Shown: positions 26,514 through 41,137, numbered from the whole stretch's first letter. The stretch is DNA of 63,872 bases, filler included, from Reticulomyxa filosa (GCA_000512085.1; 20 parts of 20 records of this genome joined end to end with filler, not necessarily neighbours in it), one strand, 5' to 3'. Made by a program: numbers and translations. Notes: generated from the sequence alone by a model not told the origin.

Positions 26514-27039
26514 CAATTGATTAAAAAAAAAGAAATCTCCAGTTTACTTTACTGGAAATACATTGACTTGGATTTTTTAAATAAAATTTTTCCCCTTTAA
26601 AAGGTTCTTGGAATCGTTTTATGATCCACCTTTACTTAATTGACCTGGAAGGGCATTCCGTTTTCTTAACTAGAAATTGCTATTAAATTTAATAATAAAT
26701 TCTTTGTTTTATATCGTATTAATTTATATTTCGCGTTTTTTTGCTCACTTTTAGAAGGTCCTTGTATAGAGTGCAAAAGTATCTTCTAAGTTTCTAACCA
26801 AAAAAGGAATTTTTAGATTCACTTTTTCGGTTCAGTTCTAAACACTGCAGTCAACACGAAACAAACAACAAAAAAAAGAGTGATATTTGTTATTGTTGCA
26901 ATTGGATGAATGGTATCAGTGAAACGACCTTTTTTTTTAACGAAGATAATAAATCTTAGAATAAATCGTCCACAACTCTGTGGTTAACACAACAAAAATA
27001 AATCAAAGAACACCTTTCCCTTCCCTTTGCAAATACATA

Positions 27040-27780
27040 TGGACCAGCCACATTTGTGTTGGATATTCAATGCACTCGTGAACAGCTGTTCGATTCATGA
27101 AAGGTTTTGTGTTTAAGTTGCCAAGTCTTGATAAATAAGTTTTAATTTCATTATTTCTTTTTTTTTTTTCTTCCCTCCAAATATCATTTCTCTGGAGGAT
27201 TGATAGACACAGTTTATATATTTTTCTGTTTTTTCTTATTTTTTTCGTTTCTAGTGGAATTTTCCATAGTCGTGTTAACGTTTGTGTTGTCAAAGGATTG
27301 AAAGTTTTGGGTAGATGCAAGATGTTGATTGGAAGGATTTCTTTGTTTGGCTAAAAGTGTTGGAATTTTAAGTTTGTTGAAATCTCCCAGCATTTGATTC
27401 CAGCGAGATAAATGGCGTCTTGCATCGACTATGGAAGTAGTAGGTGTAGTGAATTCATTCCACTGATTGGATTGGTTCGATTCACTACCAGTTAATAGGT
27501 TCTGCATTTCAAATGTCTGCGCTAATTGTGTCGTAAGACTTACAGCCTGAATCATTTCCAAATACATTGTCTTCAGCGCTTGCAGCAAATTTTTGTCGTC
27601 TTCATTGTCAGATTTGTTGTCGTTTTGATACATAGAATTGTAGCTGTAGTTATTATAGACATTACTATTGTTATTGTTGTCATTGTTATTGCTACTGTTA
27701 TTGACTTGACTATTGACACTATACACTCCATTATGTGCAAGTGTGCTCGGGCCCATAGAATAATATTTCGACGGCTCCAT
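27040..27780 (-). CDS. Hypothetical Asn-rich protein
   Basis: ATG-initiated ORF 27214-27780 with a probable small downstream exon. Confidence 0.5.
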
Positions 27781-28810
27781 GTGTTCGTATTTGCTCTTTT
27801 TTGTTACGCTTGAAGAAGCATCGGTTTTTCTTTTTTTTTTTAAAAAAAAGTTTTTTAAAAAAATAAAAAAATTAAAAAAAAATAAAAAAGAAGGAAAAAA
27901 AAAAACAACTTTGGAACGGGGCTCTTGTCATCCNNNNNNNNNNNNNNNNNNNNNNNNNNNNNNNNNNNNNNNNNNNNTTAATTAATTAANNNNNNNNNNN
28001 NNNNNNNNNNNNNNNNNNNNNNNNNNNNNNNNNTTTTTTTCAATAGTCAACAAAAAAGTCTTGATAAATTTAATCATCCTTATTTCCTTAATTGGTGTAA
28101 GGTATTTGGTCGTTTTATCTATTAAATTCAAATAAAAAGATCAAAAGTCGTTGTTATTGAAATATGATTATTTTTATCGAATGAATAATCAAAATATTTA
28201 CTCTTTGTCATTTTTCATTTTTTAATGATAGAGAATATTCAATTGTATTTTGACGTCATATGTGAAATATTTTTGCTTTATAATTTACTGAAGCAGCAAA
28301 CGTATGTTGTATGAATCCATCACCATTACAATTTTTCTATTCGACGAAATTGAATTTAATACTAAACTTGAAATATATCTACTTGTATGAATGAAAAGAA
28401 GATAATTTTCTTATAACTTTTCAATGAATATGCAGTGTGAAGAAATTAATTTTTATAATATTTGTTTTTTTATTTTTAATCCATTATCATTATTTTATAA
28501 AAATTTATAACATATGACAAATAACTAATTATTATTGTTTTTCAGTAATAATTCATGATCAAACATGCAATGAAATTATTTAAGAATTTTTAAAGAAGAA
28601 AACATGAAAAATTTCAAAATAAAGATGATATAATGACATTATTTATTGATACTATTAAATGGCTTTGGATTGATTTTTTTGATATCATCTTGTTGCAATT
28701 TTTGTCCATATAAAAGAACATTGCTGCAATTTAATTAATATTAAGCCTCTATCAGTCATGCATCTATCTCTTTCATTGTATTGAATCGATTCACAATTAA
28801 GAAATTGATG

Positions 28811-29200
28811 CTAAATTATTAATTCAATTATTCCATCACCACTTCCTCCGTAATCATCTCCACTTTCACTTCCACTTCCAAAACAAATTTCTTTTTGCAA
28901 AGTCTCTTCTCCACCTTTTCTAATACCCAGTAATGCCTTAATTTCTCCTCCTTTTGTTCCATATCCACCACCACCACACCATTCTCCAGCTTCACCTTTT
29001 CCAGGACCTTGATCCAAAGGATATCCCAATTCTGAATAATAAATATTAGAGGAAGGATGTTTAATCCATAAATAATTAGCTTTGATTTTTAGATATCCAA
29101 ATTCTTTTTTATCAATAGTTTCATTCACAATTTACAGTTAATGTGATATTTTTTCCAACTAAACATACTCCAAATTGTAATTACACCATTTATTATTTTT
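28811..29200 (-). pseudogene. Gly-rich repeat-family gene fragment (GGGGYGTKG)
   Basis: GGGGYGTKGGE...CFGSG..GG.G.GIIELII, surrounded by stops in very AT-rich DNA. Confidence 0.5.
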
Positions 29201-29399
29201 TAATTTAATTTTTTTTATTATTTTCACTCACCAATAAAACATCCACTCTNNNNNNNNNNNNNNNNNNNNNNNNNNNNNNNNNNNNNNNNNNNNTTAATTA
29301 ATTAANNNNNNNNNNNNNNNNNNNNNNNNNNNNNNNNNNNNNNNNNNNNGTTGAAGAAGAAAGGGGACGAGCACCAAAAAAAAAAAAAAAAAAGACACG

Positions 29400-29871
29400 C
29401 ACCGAAATATGACAGTTTGTTTGTCATCACCTCCGAGGGTAACACCAACACCGATGAACCGTTTTCACTGATACTTTCTGTTTCTTCTTTTGCTTGATTC
29501 AATAAGGCTAGTGACTTATTTTGACGGTACACTTTCACTGCGTGTTTCAATGAGTCTCGGATATCCAACACTCCGATAAATCCTTTTTTTGTCTCGTCCC
29601 AAACTGGAGCACAGCGAATGTGCTTTTCTGTCAATACTTTCATGCCTTCTTCAACGCTCAAGTTACTGTCTAATGTCACTGGGTCTTTCATCACATTCAA
29701 CGCGCTTATTGTCATCCCTTCCAAAGGCTTGCGCAAGTCACTTCGAATGATCGATACTAAGACATTCACTTCACTCAACTTTACATTATTTGGCACTGTT
29801 ATTTTCAGATTTATTGCTTGTTTTTCATCAGATGAGTCCACTTTTGAAGGAATATTTACATGCTGTGACAT
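29400..29871 (-). CDS. CBS-domain protein (AMPK-gamma-like), truncated
   Basis: PVTLDSNLSVEEGMKVLTEKHIRCAPVWD...FIGVLDIRD is a typical CBS repeat. Confidence 0.8.
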
Positions 29872-30817
29872 TTTTTGTTATTTGCACGATCCAGCTTTAA
29901 AAAAAAAAACTTCAACAAAAAAACCACGGTTGCTTCGTTTTTGGTCATAGTAACATATACACCATGTCGTGTTGCTAATTTTTTAAAATGTAACAATGTT
30001 TTGTTGACAGAAGAAATGTCCCAGTACGACTTTGCAAACTTGTGAGAATGAAAGATTGATGGGTCAGGACTTTGACAAAATTTCGAAGCACGATAGCAAA
30101 AGTTGTGTTGATGTGTTTTTTTATACAAATGAGAACAAACACCAACAAACAAGGAAAAACGATTTTTGAATTCACCCAATCAAAACCTGTCACAAATTTG
30201 GGCCAGCTTGAATTCCGAAAGATGGGTGATTGTTTTGAGGGTAAGGCAAATACTCGGGGATTGAAAAAAAACAACAAACAAAAAAGGGGGAAAGGCAAAA
30301 CTTACGGACACAATATACAACCTCACAAACAAGCAAAGGGAAAAAAACAAACAAACAAGCACAAAAAAAAAAACAAACTAAACGGAAAAAAACAACGTTC
30401 CTAATTGACTTGATTGCATTGGTCTGATAACAGTAATTGTCAAAGCCCATTGTTTCAAACAATTTGGTATTATGGCAATTGACATTTTGAACACAAAAAA
30501 AGAGAGATAGGGAAAAAAAAAAAAAAANNNNNNNNNNNNNNNNNNNNNNNNNNNNNNNNNNNNNNNNNNNNTTAATTAATTAANNNNNNNNNNNNNNNNN
30601 NNNNNNNNNNNNNNNNNNNNNNNNNNNACTCATTCTTGGCCTAGTGAGCTATGTGACACAAAAACAGTGCTTTTTTAAACCAATGCTCCAAATTCTGTCA
30701 AGTATGGGTATTTCTTTGGCTTAACTCAGACGCAGCAACTTCAGCCTGTCTTTTTTTCTTGTCAGGTTTCAGCCACGTGTTAAAACTTTTTCATCTTTAT
30801 CTGTACTACCCATAGAA

Positions 30818-32412
30818 ATGGCCACCAACGAAAGGCGTCTTTCAGATGCTGTCAATGCAGAAGATGTTCCTTTGGTCCGTAAATATAAAGATAACGTGGA
30901 TGACAAGCCAGTGTACGAAAGGTCGAGTACTTGGTTTCGTTGGGTAGTATTATTCTTCAGTTGTTGGGCGATGTTTGGAAGCTGTTACGACTGCTTTTAT
31001 ATTGTTATGACGGAGGAAAAACTAGCTAAACCAAAATGTATACACAAAACATAGATTACTGCTACGGTATGAAAACGTGAACGAAATGGGGAGAGAGGGA
31101 GGGGAAGGAATGAAAGTTAGAGAGATACCAAGTAGCACATAGAGATACAAAAAAAAAAACAATAATTGAAACAAAACAGATAATCCAACGGCATTGCAAA
31201 ACAAACTAATGCCAAAATATCATTTGAGCAATATTGAATATAACTTATTGTACAGTGTGTATTCATTTCCGAATATGGTATTGCCATTGTTTGGTGGTGT
31301 TTTTGTCGATCGCTTTGGCGCAGGGAAATGTCTGATTGTATTTTTAGGTTTTTGTGTGCTTGGACAAATGCTCTTTGCTTTGGCTTCTTCATTGGGTTGG
31401 TATTGGCTGATGTTGGTCGGTACGTTTTATTATTATTTATTTATTTATCAATTTTTTTTTTTCATAGCTTTTAATGCAATGACTATCTTAAATTTTGTAA
31501 TGATCCATAAAACCTCGAACAACCAACACTTAAAAAAAAAAAAAAAAATGTCAATACTTTTGAACATTTGGATCATTCATTATAACATTTTGATTTTGTG
31601 ACTGTGATGATAGGTCGAACTGTATTTGGATTTGGGGGCGAAAGTATAACAGTCGCGGAAACGGCGTTGCTGGCCGTATATTTCACTGGCAAAGAAATGG
31701 CCTTTGCGATGGGGTTGAACTTGTCTGTGGCGAGGTCAGGAAGCTCACTAAACGATGTCATTTCTTTGCTTTTGGCCAATGAGTTTAATGTCCCCACCGC
31801 GTTGTGGTTTGGGTTTGTCTTGCTGCTACTATGCCTGGTCATGAGCGTCATTCTGGTTTATTTGGACAATCGCAAATGCGCTCAAAAAACTGCCGAAGGA
31901 TTTTTTGTTCCACAACCACAATCCGGTAATATTTTTTTTTTAGAACAAAAAGTTGTTCTTTTTTTTTTTACTACTCTCACTCTTTTTTTTTTTAAGGAAA
32001 AGGGGGGCTTCCTATTTTTTTTTTTTAGGAATGCAAAACACATATATAAAAATACAAAAGGTGAAAGAGTGAACTTTGATGATATCAAAGAGTTTGATCG
32101 ACGCTATTGGCTATTGACAATTTCTTGTTTAGTCGTGTATGGATGTGTGTTACCTTGGAACAATATTGGCAGCAATTTCATTTCCAAAAAATATGGCTAC
32201 AGCGATTCCAAAGCGAACAGTCGTCTTTTAGTGCCTTACTTGATCAGCGCAGCCCTCACTCCTTTCATTGGCTATTCGGTTGATCGCATTGGTCGACGTG
32301 CGGAATTGCTCTTGGTGTCGGCCATATCATTGGGGTTAGCCCATATCCTTTTTGCTTTTACTGAAGTCAACCCATTTGTTCCATTGGTCATTCTTGGCAT
32401 TGCATGTATGAT

Positions 32413-32444
<32 letters not shown>

Positions 32445-32849
32445 GATCTTATCTCTTCTTCTCATTTCACTTCATTTCGTTTGCTCGAAAATGGAATATT
32501 TGGAACAGATTCGATATATGCCTCCGCAATTTGGCCTTCAATTTCTCTCGTCGTCAATGAAAACAAACTTGGCACTGCTTACGGCCTTGTCACTGCTGTT
32601 CAAAACTCGGGATTGGGCCTCATTCCAATCATCGTTGGGGGCTTGGTTGGTGCTTACGATGGCGACAATCAAAAAGACAAATATATTTATGCTGAGATGC
32701 TGTTCATTGGCCTTGCTCTACTCGGAGCTGTCACTGGTATTGTATTAATCTTTGTGGATTACAATGGAGAGAAAAAATTGGCTACACCGTCCATGAAAAA
32801 AGCTGTTAAACAAGACACTATCAAAGATAGACTTCTCGACGAAAATTGA
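30818..32849 (+). CDS. MFSD1: MFS transporter, MFSD1-like (about 5 exons)
   Basis: RWVVLFFSC, YNLLYSVYSFPNMVLPLFGGVFVDRFG, GRTVFGFGGES, GYSVDRIGRR and GTAYGLVTAVQNSGL. Confidence 0.9.
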
Positions 32850-33300
32850 GTATATAATTTTCAATTACCTTCAAGTAAATCTATTTCCTCTTGCTTTTTT
32901 TCAGATTTTTTTTTTCTCCTCTAAGAAGTTAGTTGTTGCCAGCCCCAACATTGAATTAACTGCAAACAATCATCCTAACCTTTTTTCCTTTTTTTGTCAT
33001 TTGTTTATTATTTGATATAAGTGAAGAGCAATGATAATTAAAATGTCGATAATCAAGCATAAGTTCATATTTTCACTCAAAATTTAACTCAATTAGCACA
33101 TTTAAAATAAAAATTTAATTTGATTTTTGATTTTTAAAAATAATTTGTGGGTTGTTGTAATTTGATTTGTCTTTTTTGCTCGAATTTTGTAAGCTATCTT
33201 TTTTTGTTCTGAAAAGGAATACATAAAAGCAAAATCTTAAGCATGACAAACGAATAAATATTTCAAATGATTTTATTGAATTTTAAATCTCGATTAAATC

Positions 33301-35953
33301 TTATAAGAGATTATTCGTCCTGCACTTCAAGAAACTTGTTTTCAAACAATTTTTCGATTGGAGCTTGGACATTTCTTGTTCTGCTTGGATCATTGCACGC
33401 ATTCCTTGCGCATCATCTTTTTGTGGCTCATCCTCCACAATAATGTGTTGCTTGTTTGTAATTCCTAGTTTTTTCGAAGTCGTTTCTAACAAGATTTGAT
33501 CTGCGAAATTTTTAGCTTTTGGTTTGCAATTATTTTTTTTAAATTCATCATGCCCTGTTTCTTGCATCAATCTTTGCAAACCAGAAATCTATAAAATAAA
33601 TACAAATTCCATTTAGTAGCAACTTTTGTAAAAATAATAACCTCTTCATCCCTATTATAAAAAGTGCAATTTTACCTCTGACATTGGATTATTTGAGTCA
33701 ACCAAAGTTAGCATTGCCTTTTTCATAGCATGTGGACCTTCTTGTTGCAATCGTTTGCAATCACGTCCTGATTGATGCTGATTATAATTAGCATTTGCAT
33801 AACGAGATTGATTTTTTTTGTAACATGCCATGAATTCTGGTAATATCCATTGTTCGTTTTCGTCATTCCCTAAATAAACACAAAAAACATTATTTTTGTA
33901 TTAATCTTTGATCGAAGTAACTTTCGCTTACATTTTGCTTGATAAATAATTTCTTGAAGGGCTTGTTCGGATAAAAATACTTGGGTCAGCTGCTTGTACA
34001 GATTCAGTTCTTGATATTGACATCGTATATTGTCGAGTAAGTCTTGTCGTGCTCTTTCAAATTCTCCGTGCAAATCGTCAATTTCTTGATGAGCTGAAGC
34101 CAAATTCTTTTCAAGCTCTGCGACCATTCGATCTTTGTGATTGTGTTTGTTGTTTTCTTTGAGCTTATTTTTTGTGTCTTCGTTGGCGTTTGAAGTTGCA
34201 CTGTGTTGATGAGACTGTTTTGCTTGTCTGCGAACTTCTCGATGCTTTTTCATTTCATTCAGCTTTGACTCTCCACGAGACACGTCATGTCCTCCTTCTA
34301 GTAATTGTGACTCAAGGAGATACAATTGTTCCATCATCTCTTCTTCCATTTTTTTTTTTTCGTTCCAGCTTTGACTTTTCTTGCTATAGTTTTTAATTGT
34401 TTACACATACTTTATCTTTTTTTTTGTTTACTTTTGAAAAGTTATTGGTTCTCCCTCTTTCCCCTTTTTCTTTTGAAAGAACTTGTAAATTGCACTTTTC
34501 TTGTTCTAATTGCGATCTTATCTCTTCTGATTGCAATTGTTCTTGCTTCATCCGTTGCAATTTCGAAGTTAATTCGTTGTGTTCATGTTGAACACGTGCT
34601 GTTTCTTTGTTCTGGTCGTTTGACGGAAGAGTAGAGTTGTTTGGGCCGTGTGGATAATGACTGTTATTTTGCAGCATTTCTTTAAGTTTGTGAATTTCTT
34701 CTTGATATTGTTTTAACAACGCATCTTTTGGATCTTCGTTGATACGTGGTTTGTTTTTGATATTTTTTGCCCTGTTGGCATACCGTAACGTTGACAATGT
34801 TTCGTCATAGCTTTCTGCTGAAGGAGACACACAAGCGATCATTATTGTTTTGGTATTTCCTCCCAAAGAATCTTGCAACAATCTGGTGAGCTTGCTGTCT
34901 CTATAAGGTATATGTTTTCCTTTTCCTTCAACCAATGCTGATATTACATTTCCTAATGCGGATAACGACAGATTGATTTTTGTGGCTTCTTTCAGGCGTA
35001 AGCCAGTTGTTTGTGTTTTCACTTGTCTCTCACTTCCAGCCAAATCAACTAAGTTTAATTTTCCAGCTTTGATTTTTTCCTCTTTGCTGTTTTCATCAAT
35101 CTTTAAATCAAATGTCAAAAAAAAATAATTTTCGTTTTACAAAAAAAAAAATAAAAAATTGGGTGCGTTGTGTAGGTCACACAATCTCAACGTGTGATGT
35201 CTCCACATAAACAAAAAATATTGTGTGACTACGACTGGACTCGGCATTCATATCAGTGTATGCCACCACGCGGGTACTTCGCCCTTTGTTCATTAGCCTT
35301 TGTGCCTCTGCACTTGTGGTCACTGTGGCCATGCACAAATTTTCTACGTATACTCCTGTTTCCGGGTTTTCTCGCAGCTTTTAGAGTTCACTGGACTGTC
35401 TGCAAATAGGTCGCGAATTTCTTCATTGTAAATTTCTATATAGCCCACTCGTATCAAAAACTTTGTTTGCTTTTCTGTATCAATACGATCAAAAATATGA
35501 TCAAAGGCATTGGGAATTATTCCACGATCTTCTTTGTTGGGACTTGAGCCCTATCGTTTGTTCATACATATTTGCATGAGTGTTGTGTTGTTGCTGCTGT
35601 TTGCTCTTTCTTGAAGTTTGATTTATTACCTCCATTGTATATGTTTTCCCACAACCCGTCTGTCCATAAGCAAAGACGGTGCCGTTATAACCTTCTAGCA
35701 CTGCTTCCACCAATGGAAATGCAATGTCTTCATAAAGCAATTGTTGTGGAGCCGTATCGTCATAGACATAATCGTAAGTGAAAGATTTGGATTTGGAAGG
35801 GTCAAGATCACTTCGGTTAATGGTTATCATATTGCCATCATTGTTAACAGTTAGGATGTTTTGGCACCCTAATGCTTTTTCTCGACGATTCACAGGACGA
35901 ACTCGAATCGCAACTCTCACGTTGTCACTACTTGCTGGAATTGGAGCTGTCAT
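33301..35953 (-). CDS. Kinesin-2 family motor (KIF3/KIF17-like), multi-exon
   Basis: [82 protein letters not shown] and the kinesin-2 neck [15 protein letters not shown], followed by a coiled-coil stalk. Confidence 0.93.
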
Positions 35954-36457
35954 TTTACTCTTTTTTTTTGCGTTTTAAAAGCAATGATAAGTCAGCAATC
36001 AACTTTATTCATGAAAGTAGTGTCGAATATTTATTGCAGGGTGTTTGATATTATGAGCCGCTGTGATCTATGTGTAATAACTTTATGTAATTCTAGACCT
36101 TGGAAATGTTTTTTTCTGATTAATTTCACTTTTATTGTTAACCAATATACAAGCAAAGATCACCTTTTAGTCGACTTTTTAAGCTTCTAGTTCTCTTCTG
36201 ATAAACAGAGGAAAAATTCGAAAGGCCCCCTTAAAAAAAAGTTTGGAACAATACAAATTGTGTTGGGAATTTCCGGGAACAAACATATTGTCATCAATCG
36301 AGAGCAAAAAAAATGGAAGTAGATAAAGCTCCAGACAGTGAAACGGAACAGCCGGTTTGTCGTATCTAGGAGAGCTGTAGTTAGAGACCTCTGCACCACC
36401 CAACTGGGATACGAAAAATAAAACAATCAGGAAAGGGAATCAAGTGATGATGAGCAA

Positions 36458-37738
36458 ATGGGCACATTTTCGTGCAAAATGTCTGACTTGAAATTGATGG
36501 TTACAATGTTGCAAGATGTATTATGGACAAAGAAAAGAGGACAGGTGATGACTGGGATAACTTTCTTTTTTTTTTTTTTGAATTGTTATCAAAAATTTAT
36601 AAAGAGAACACAACCCCACAATTATTATTTGTTAATATATTTTTTGATTTGTTTGTCCAGGAAGCACAAGTGATAATCGATAAAAATGGTATGACATTTA
36701 TCTGTGAAATGGACAAATCAATGCAAGCACGAGTGTTCATTCGTTTCAAAATGTTCGACGAGTTTGTGTTGAAAGACACTGAGATGATGAAAACATCGCT
36801 TGACTTGTGGAACTTTCTGGAATGCATTCGAGTTTTTGCAGGCTCTTCGATTTTGGAAATGGAAATCAATAATCGAGACACCATTAAATTAATGTTCGAT
36901 CTCTACTGACCGTAGATGAAAGAAAACAATTAAAAAATGAAAGGCCAAAAAAAAAAAAAGGGGGTACACTACATTTTTTGAAATGTTTGTGCAAATTAGA
37001 TTGCAAGACATTCCGAATCAAGTGGTAACAAGATGTTTTGTGAGATTGTTTCCTTTTGCACACGCCACACAATTCTTCTTCCCACGTGGAAATATCGTCA
37101 ATTCGTGCACGATGATAGTTAATTCTTTGTGTCCACTTTTCATCCTTTTTAATTGGTTACATCTTTTTGTGTGTGGTGATGGGGCGGGAAGACAGTCGCA
37201 ACACCTTCGTGACGCTTTCAGTGAGTTGGATGCCTTAGGAAAAGATGACAATATTGTATCGTTTCGAGTTGTTGCTGGCAAAACAGATGAGTTTATCAAT
37301 ATTGATAATGATTTGGAATTAATGGAGTTTCCACCAAATGACCAAAATGATGTGCTCTTCCATCATGACAGTACTGATAATAAAGTTGCAAATCCCATCG
37401 ATTCTGAGAGACATGCTGATGCCCTACTCCAAAGGACAGATGCTCAAAATGTCTCCAAAAAACCCAAATTTACCATTTCTATTGAGTGTGATAGTCATAC
37501 TATGGAAGCTGAATTTCCTATCATTAGTGACATTTTCCAACTGCATGATTTTCATGAAACAAAAGTTTATCAATACCGAATGCGGTTATTGAGGACTGTG
37601 TTGCGTTCCATAAAAGGAGCTGAAAAAACACGCTTCTTCTTTGGCTCGAACAACATGTTGAGAGTTGAACAAACCTATGCTCATAAAAATATGACGGCTT
37701 TGGTTGCTTTTTTAGTAAATGCGGTTGAAATTCCGTAA
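36458..37738 (+). CDS. RAD1: Rad1 checkpoint clamp subunit (9-1-1, PCNA fold)
   Basis: FSCKMSDLKLMVTML, GMTFICEMDKSMQARVFI...MFDEF, FLECIRVF, HLRDAFSELD and YQYRMRLL..VLRSI..AEKT follow the Rad1 pattern. Confidence 0.8.
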
Positions 37739-38016
37739 ATTTTTTTAATTCTTTCTTCGTCTGTTTTTGTTACAATGTTCTGAACTTTTCATTTCGGACA
37801 ATATTACTTCCAGAACGTTTCTATACTTTATCTTTTTTAAAAAACAGAACCCTTTTCATAACATTTTGTTACGACTGCAATATTCAAAATTTTTTTACAA
37901 CTTGTTTGAGTGATGTGCCAAATATTCGCTCAGTCAAAAAAAACCAACAAGAAATGTAACCATTGTTTGTTCCCAACAGTTAATTGGACAGTTATAATTT
38001 AAAAGCAAAACAAGAC

Positions 38017-39197
38017 TTACAAATCGTTTTTGTTTTCAGTTTCCACATTTTTGGACTCCTTAATGGGCAATGGACACATCACGCCGAGGCCTTTCAATCC
38101 ACAATATCCATCAGGATCTTTGCTTAAATATTGTTGATGATAATTTTCTATGCAATCAAAAACGAGCATAATAAATCTGTTATCAAAGGGGGGAAGGAAA
38201 AAAAAGATCAACAAAAACAACGAGTGTAACCAGCGTAGTAAAATTCTAAATCGTTCATATTTTTAATTTCGGTGGTAATAGGCACATAGTGATTTTCTTT
38301 TTTCTTAATTTCCTTTTCATATTCGTCTTTGCTTTGAAAGGCCAGTGCCATTTGCTCTTCATTGCTATAGTAAATACAGCTGCGGTATTGCGTTCCCACA
38401 TCATTCCCTTGTCGCATGCCTTCATTTATTGTTCGGTTCGGAGAAAGAAAAAAAAAGGGGGAGAAAAGGAAGCAAATTGTTAACGAACGAAGCAAATCAA
38501 AGAGATCACATTATTAAAATAGATAATTAAGATGACCTTGGGTGGGGTCATGAGACTCCCAAAAGATTTTCAACAGCTCTGCATAAGTGACTTGAGAAGG
38601 ATCAAAGATGACCCGTACTACTTCAGCGTGTCCAGTTTTTCCGGTACATACTTCGTCATAAGTTGGGTTTGGGGTATATCCTACCAAAGGGGGTCCATAA
38701 AAAAAACAAAACAAAAAACATACATGCACACATATAATCAAAGAAAGGGATATATCTCATATACACCAATATTTTAATTTTATCATTTACTGTTGTCCTT
38801 GTTTTTGTTGCATTACAAAAACTGTGTTGAGTAAGTTGCTGATAGTAATTATACCGCCAGCGTAGCCAACGTTCGTTGAATACACGCCCTTCATTTTCCA
38901 GAACAATCGTTCTGCTCCCCAAAAACACCCCATCCCAAATACTGCGAATTGCATAGTTTCGGGGAATGGTGGCAGTGCTCGGTGACCCTCTAATGCATGA
39001 TGGATTTCTTGGACTTCAAAATCCCTTGCCTTTCTTCCCTTCAACGCGTCCCCTTTGGCCACCAATTTGGCTTTGTAGTTAAATGCTGCAAAATGTTCAC
39101 TTGTAAAGCCTTCTGCAGACATGACGCTCTGAACAAATAAACTTGCCCAACTCAGAATAATCGTGAAATACAAAATAATACTAATCGTAAAGCGCAT
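38017..39197 (-). CDS. msrA: Peptide methionine sulfoxide reductase MsrA (4 exons)
   Basis: [10 protein letters not shown] active site, [41 protein letters not shown] and YHQQYL.K...GYC. Confidence 0.95.
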
Positions 39198-40198
39198 GCA
39201 ACAGTGCACAAATACTTACAATTCACCTTTATGGGATAGGATAAGTTTTTTTCTGAGAAAAAGGCAACCCTTCACTAGACTACTAACATAGCCGAGGTTA
39301 ACAATGAATACTAGAATGAGTATCAAAAACTAACACCAAATTCGAGACTGATGATCGTAAATATAAAAAAAAATCAGTAAAACTTGAAAATATACAAAGT
39401 TTAACGAATAATTAGCTAATATCGCAAACCAACGTGAAAATATTTCAACTATGTCATTCAATGGCAAAATATTGATTGGAAGACAGTGATTAATATTGAA
39501 AAGCAAACAACAGCCAATAAAATAAAATTTTTTGCAAGAATTGAAAAAATATGATATATACCAGGCAATATCAACATGAAATCAAAATTTAGCAAACACA
39601 TTTTATACTTCTGTGTATTTCTGAAGAATTGTTTGTGATTGTATTATTGCGAAAATATGAAGATAGAAAATTTATTGAAAGTAAGATAATATCAAATATA
39701 ACATACATAGAACTGAAACTGACTTTCTTTTGTAAGATTAGTCAGAAAAGTCAATTATGTTCGAAGGATACGCAAATATTAAAATTTTTAAAATTTAGGA
39801 GTTTGGTATATTTGACATTATTATACTTGTGAATAGCTATGATAAATATCTGCGATATTGCGCACCAACTTAAAGATATCAATTTATAACTAATAACACT
39901 AGCAACAATGTAACGACAAAAACAGCGTAAAAAATTCAAATGAAGTTTAAGTAAAACACGAATATTTGTTGTGACAAGAACAGAAACAACATCTACAAGA
40001 ATGTGAAATCATTGAATCGAAAATATTGATAACATAGTGCTAAAAAAAATTTTGAAGTGATTTATGGCACTTTTGATGTTTCAAGAAAATAAAAACAAAC
40101 ATTTCATGTATTTATTCTTTATACTCAGCAAAGAGTTAACATATAACTATATACAAAAAGAAAAATTAACTATATACAATTTTTAGGCTGTGGAAGGC

Positions 40199-40392
40199 TC
40201 TTCTTGTAAATAATTTTGTAAAAAGCAAATACATTTTGCGGTGATGTGGAGATTGTGCCTCAATTCCAATCATTTTTCAACAAATTTTATAAATTTTTGT
40301 TCATTGTTTTTATAAACTACTTATAAAAGTATATCCAGTAAACCAGAAAAAATCATCACAATTTGCTACTAAAATTTTTGTTCATATTTTAG
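40199..40392 (+). repeat. Interspersed AT-rich repeat, copy A
   Basis: Collinear with 43462-43705, e.g. TCTTCTTGTAAATAATTTTGTAAAAAGCAAATACATT, GTGGAGATTGTGC, AAACTACTTATAAAAGT, TATATCCAGTAAACC. Confidence 0.9.
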
Positions 40393-41137
40393 TATTGGTA
40401 ATGTTTTTAGTATTTTGTTGATTTTCATTGTGGCATTGGCTCAACTAGAGATTAACATAGTTTAGGTCAGTTTTTTCACATGTTTTTTCAAATTTTTCAC
40501 AAAGTTATTGTTTGTTGTTAATTTTTTCGACTTTATATAATTTTACTTTAATTATCCAACAAATGCTCTAAATTTGATTTAGGTCTGGTGAATTAGGAGG
40601 AAAATTTATTAGTTCTATTATTTTCTTTAAACCAATCCATTATTTTTTTAGTTTTGTGGCATGACGAATCTTCTATGACCTGTGTAGGCAAGCCTTTATC
40701 ACAAATTGCTGAACTCTTATTGAACTGATTAGCTCACTTTGGGTTAAACTTCATCAACCAACTACTTCTTACTTCCTTGCTTTTATTACTTTCCTTTTTG
40801 TCATTTTGATTTATTATTTAATTTACTTTGTTTTACTGAAAGTCAATCTCATTCGAGTAAAACCTTTTCGTATTACAGCAACTCTTTTCTTAAAAGCAGT
40901 CAAATGTCTCAATATTAAGTTTTTTATGAAAATCTATTTCTGAAATTTTATTTGTTATTCAATTAGATGCTCTCTTTTGATTAAAAAACGTGTTAACGAA
41001 GTAAATATATTAATATTCTTGCAACATTATACAGCCATGCGAGGAAAGAAATCCAAGCGAGGACAAAAAGTGCTTTTTGACAGTCTTTTTGTTTTGGTTT
41101 GTTTTTTTTCAGGTTACTTAATTTGCGATTATTTCCA

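Noticed and set aside
33301-35953. Host kinesin-2 as the direct donor or partner of the retroelement kinesin
   Set aside because: It is on a different contig, contains introns, has canonical motifs and shows no special similarity; proximity comes from concatenation.
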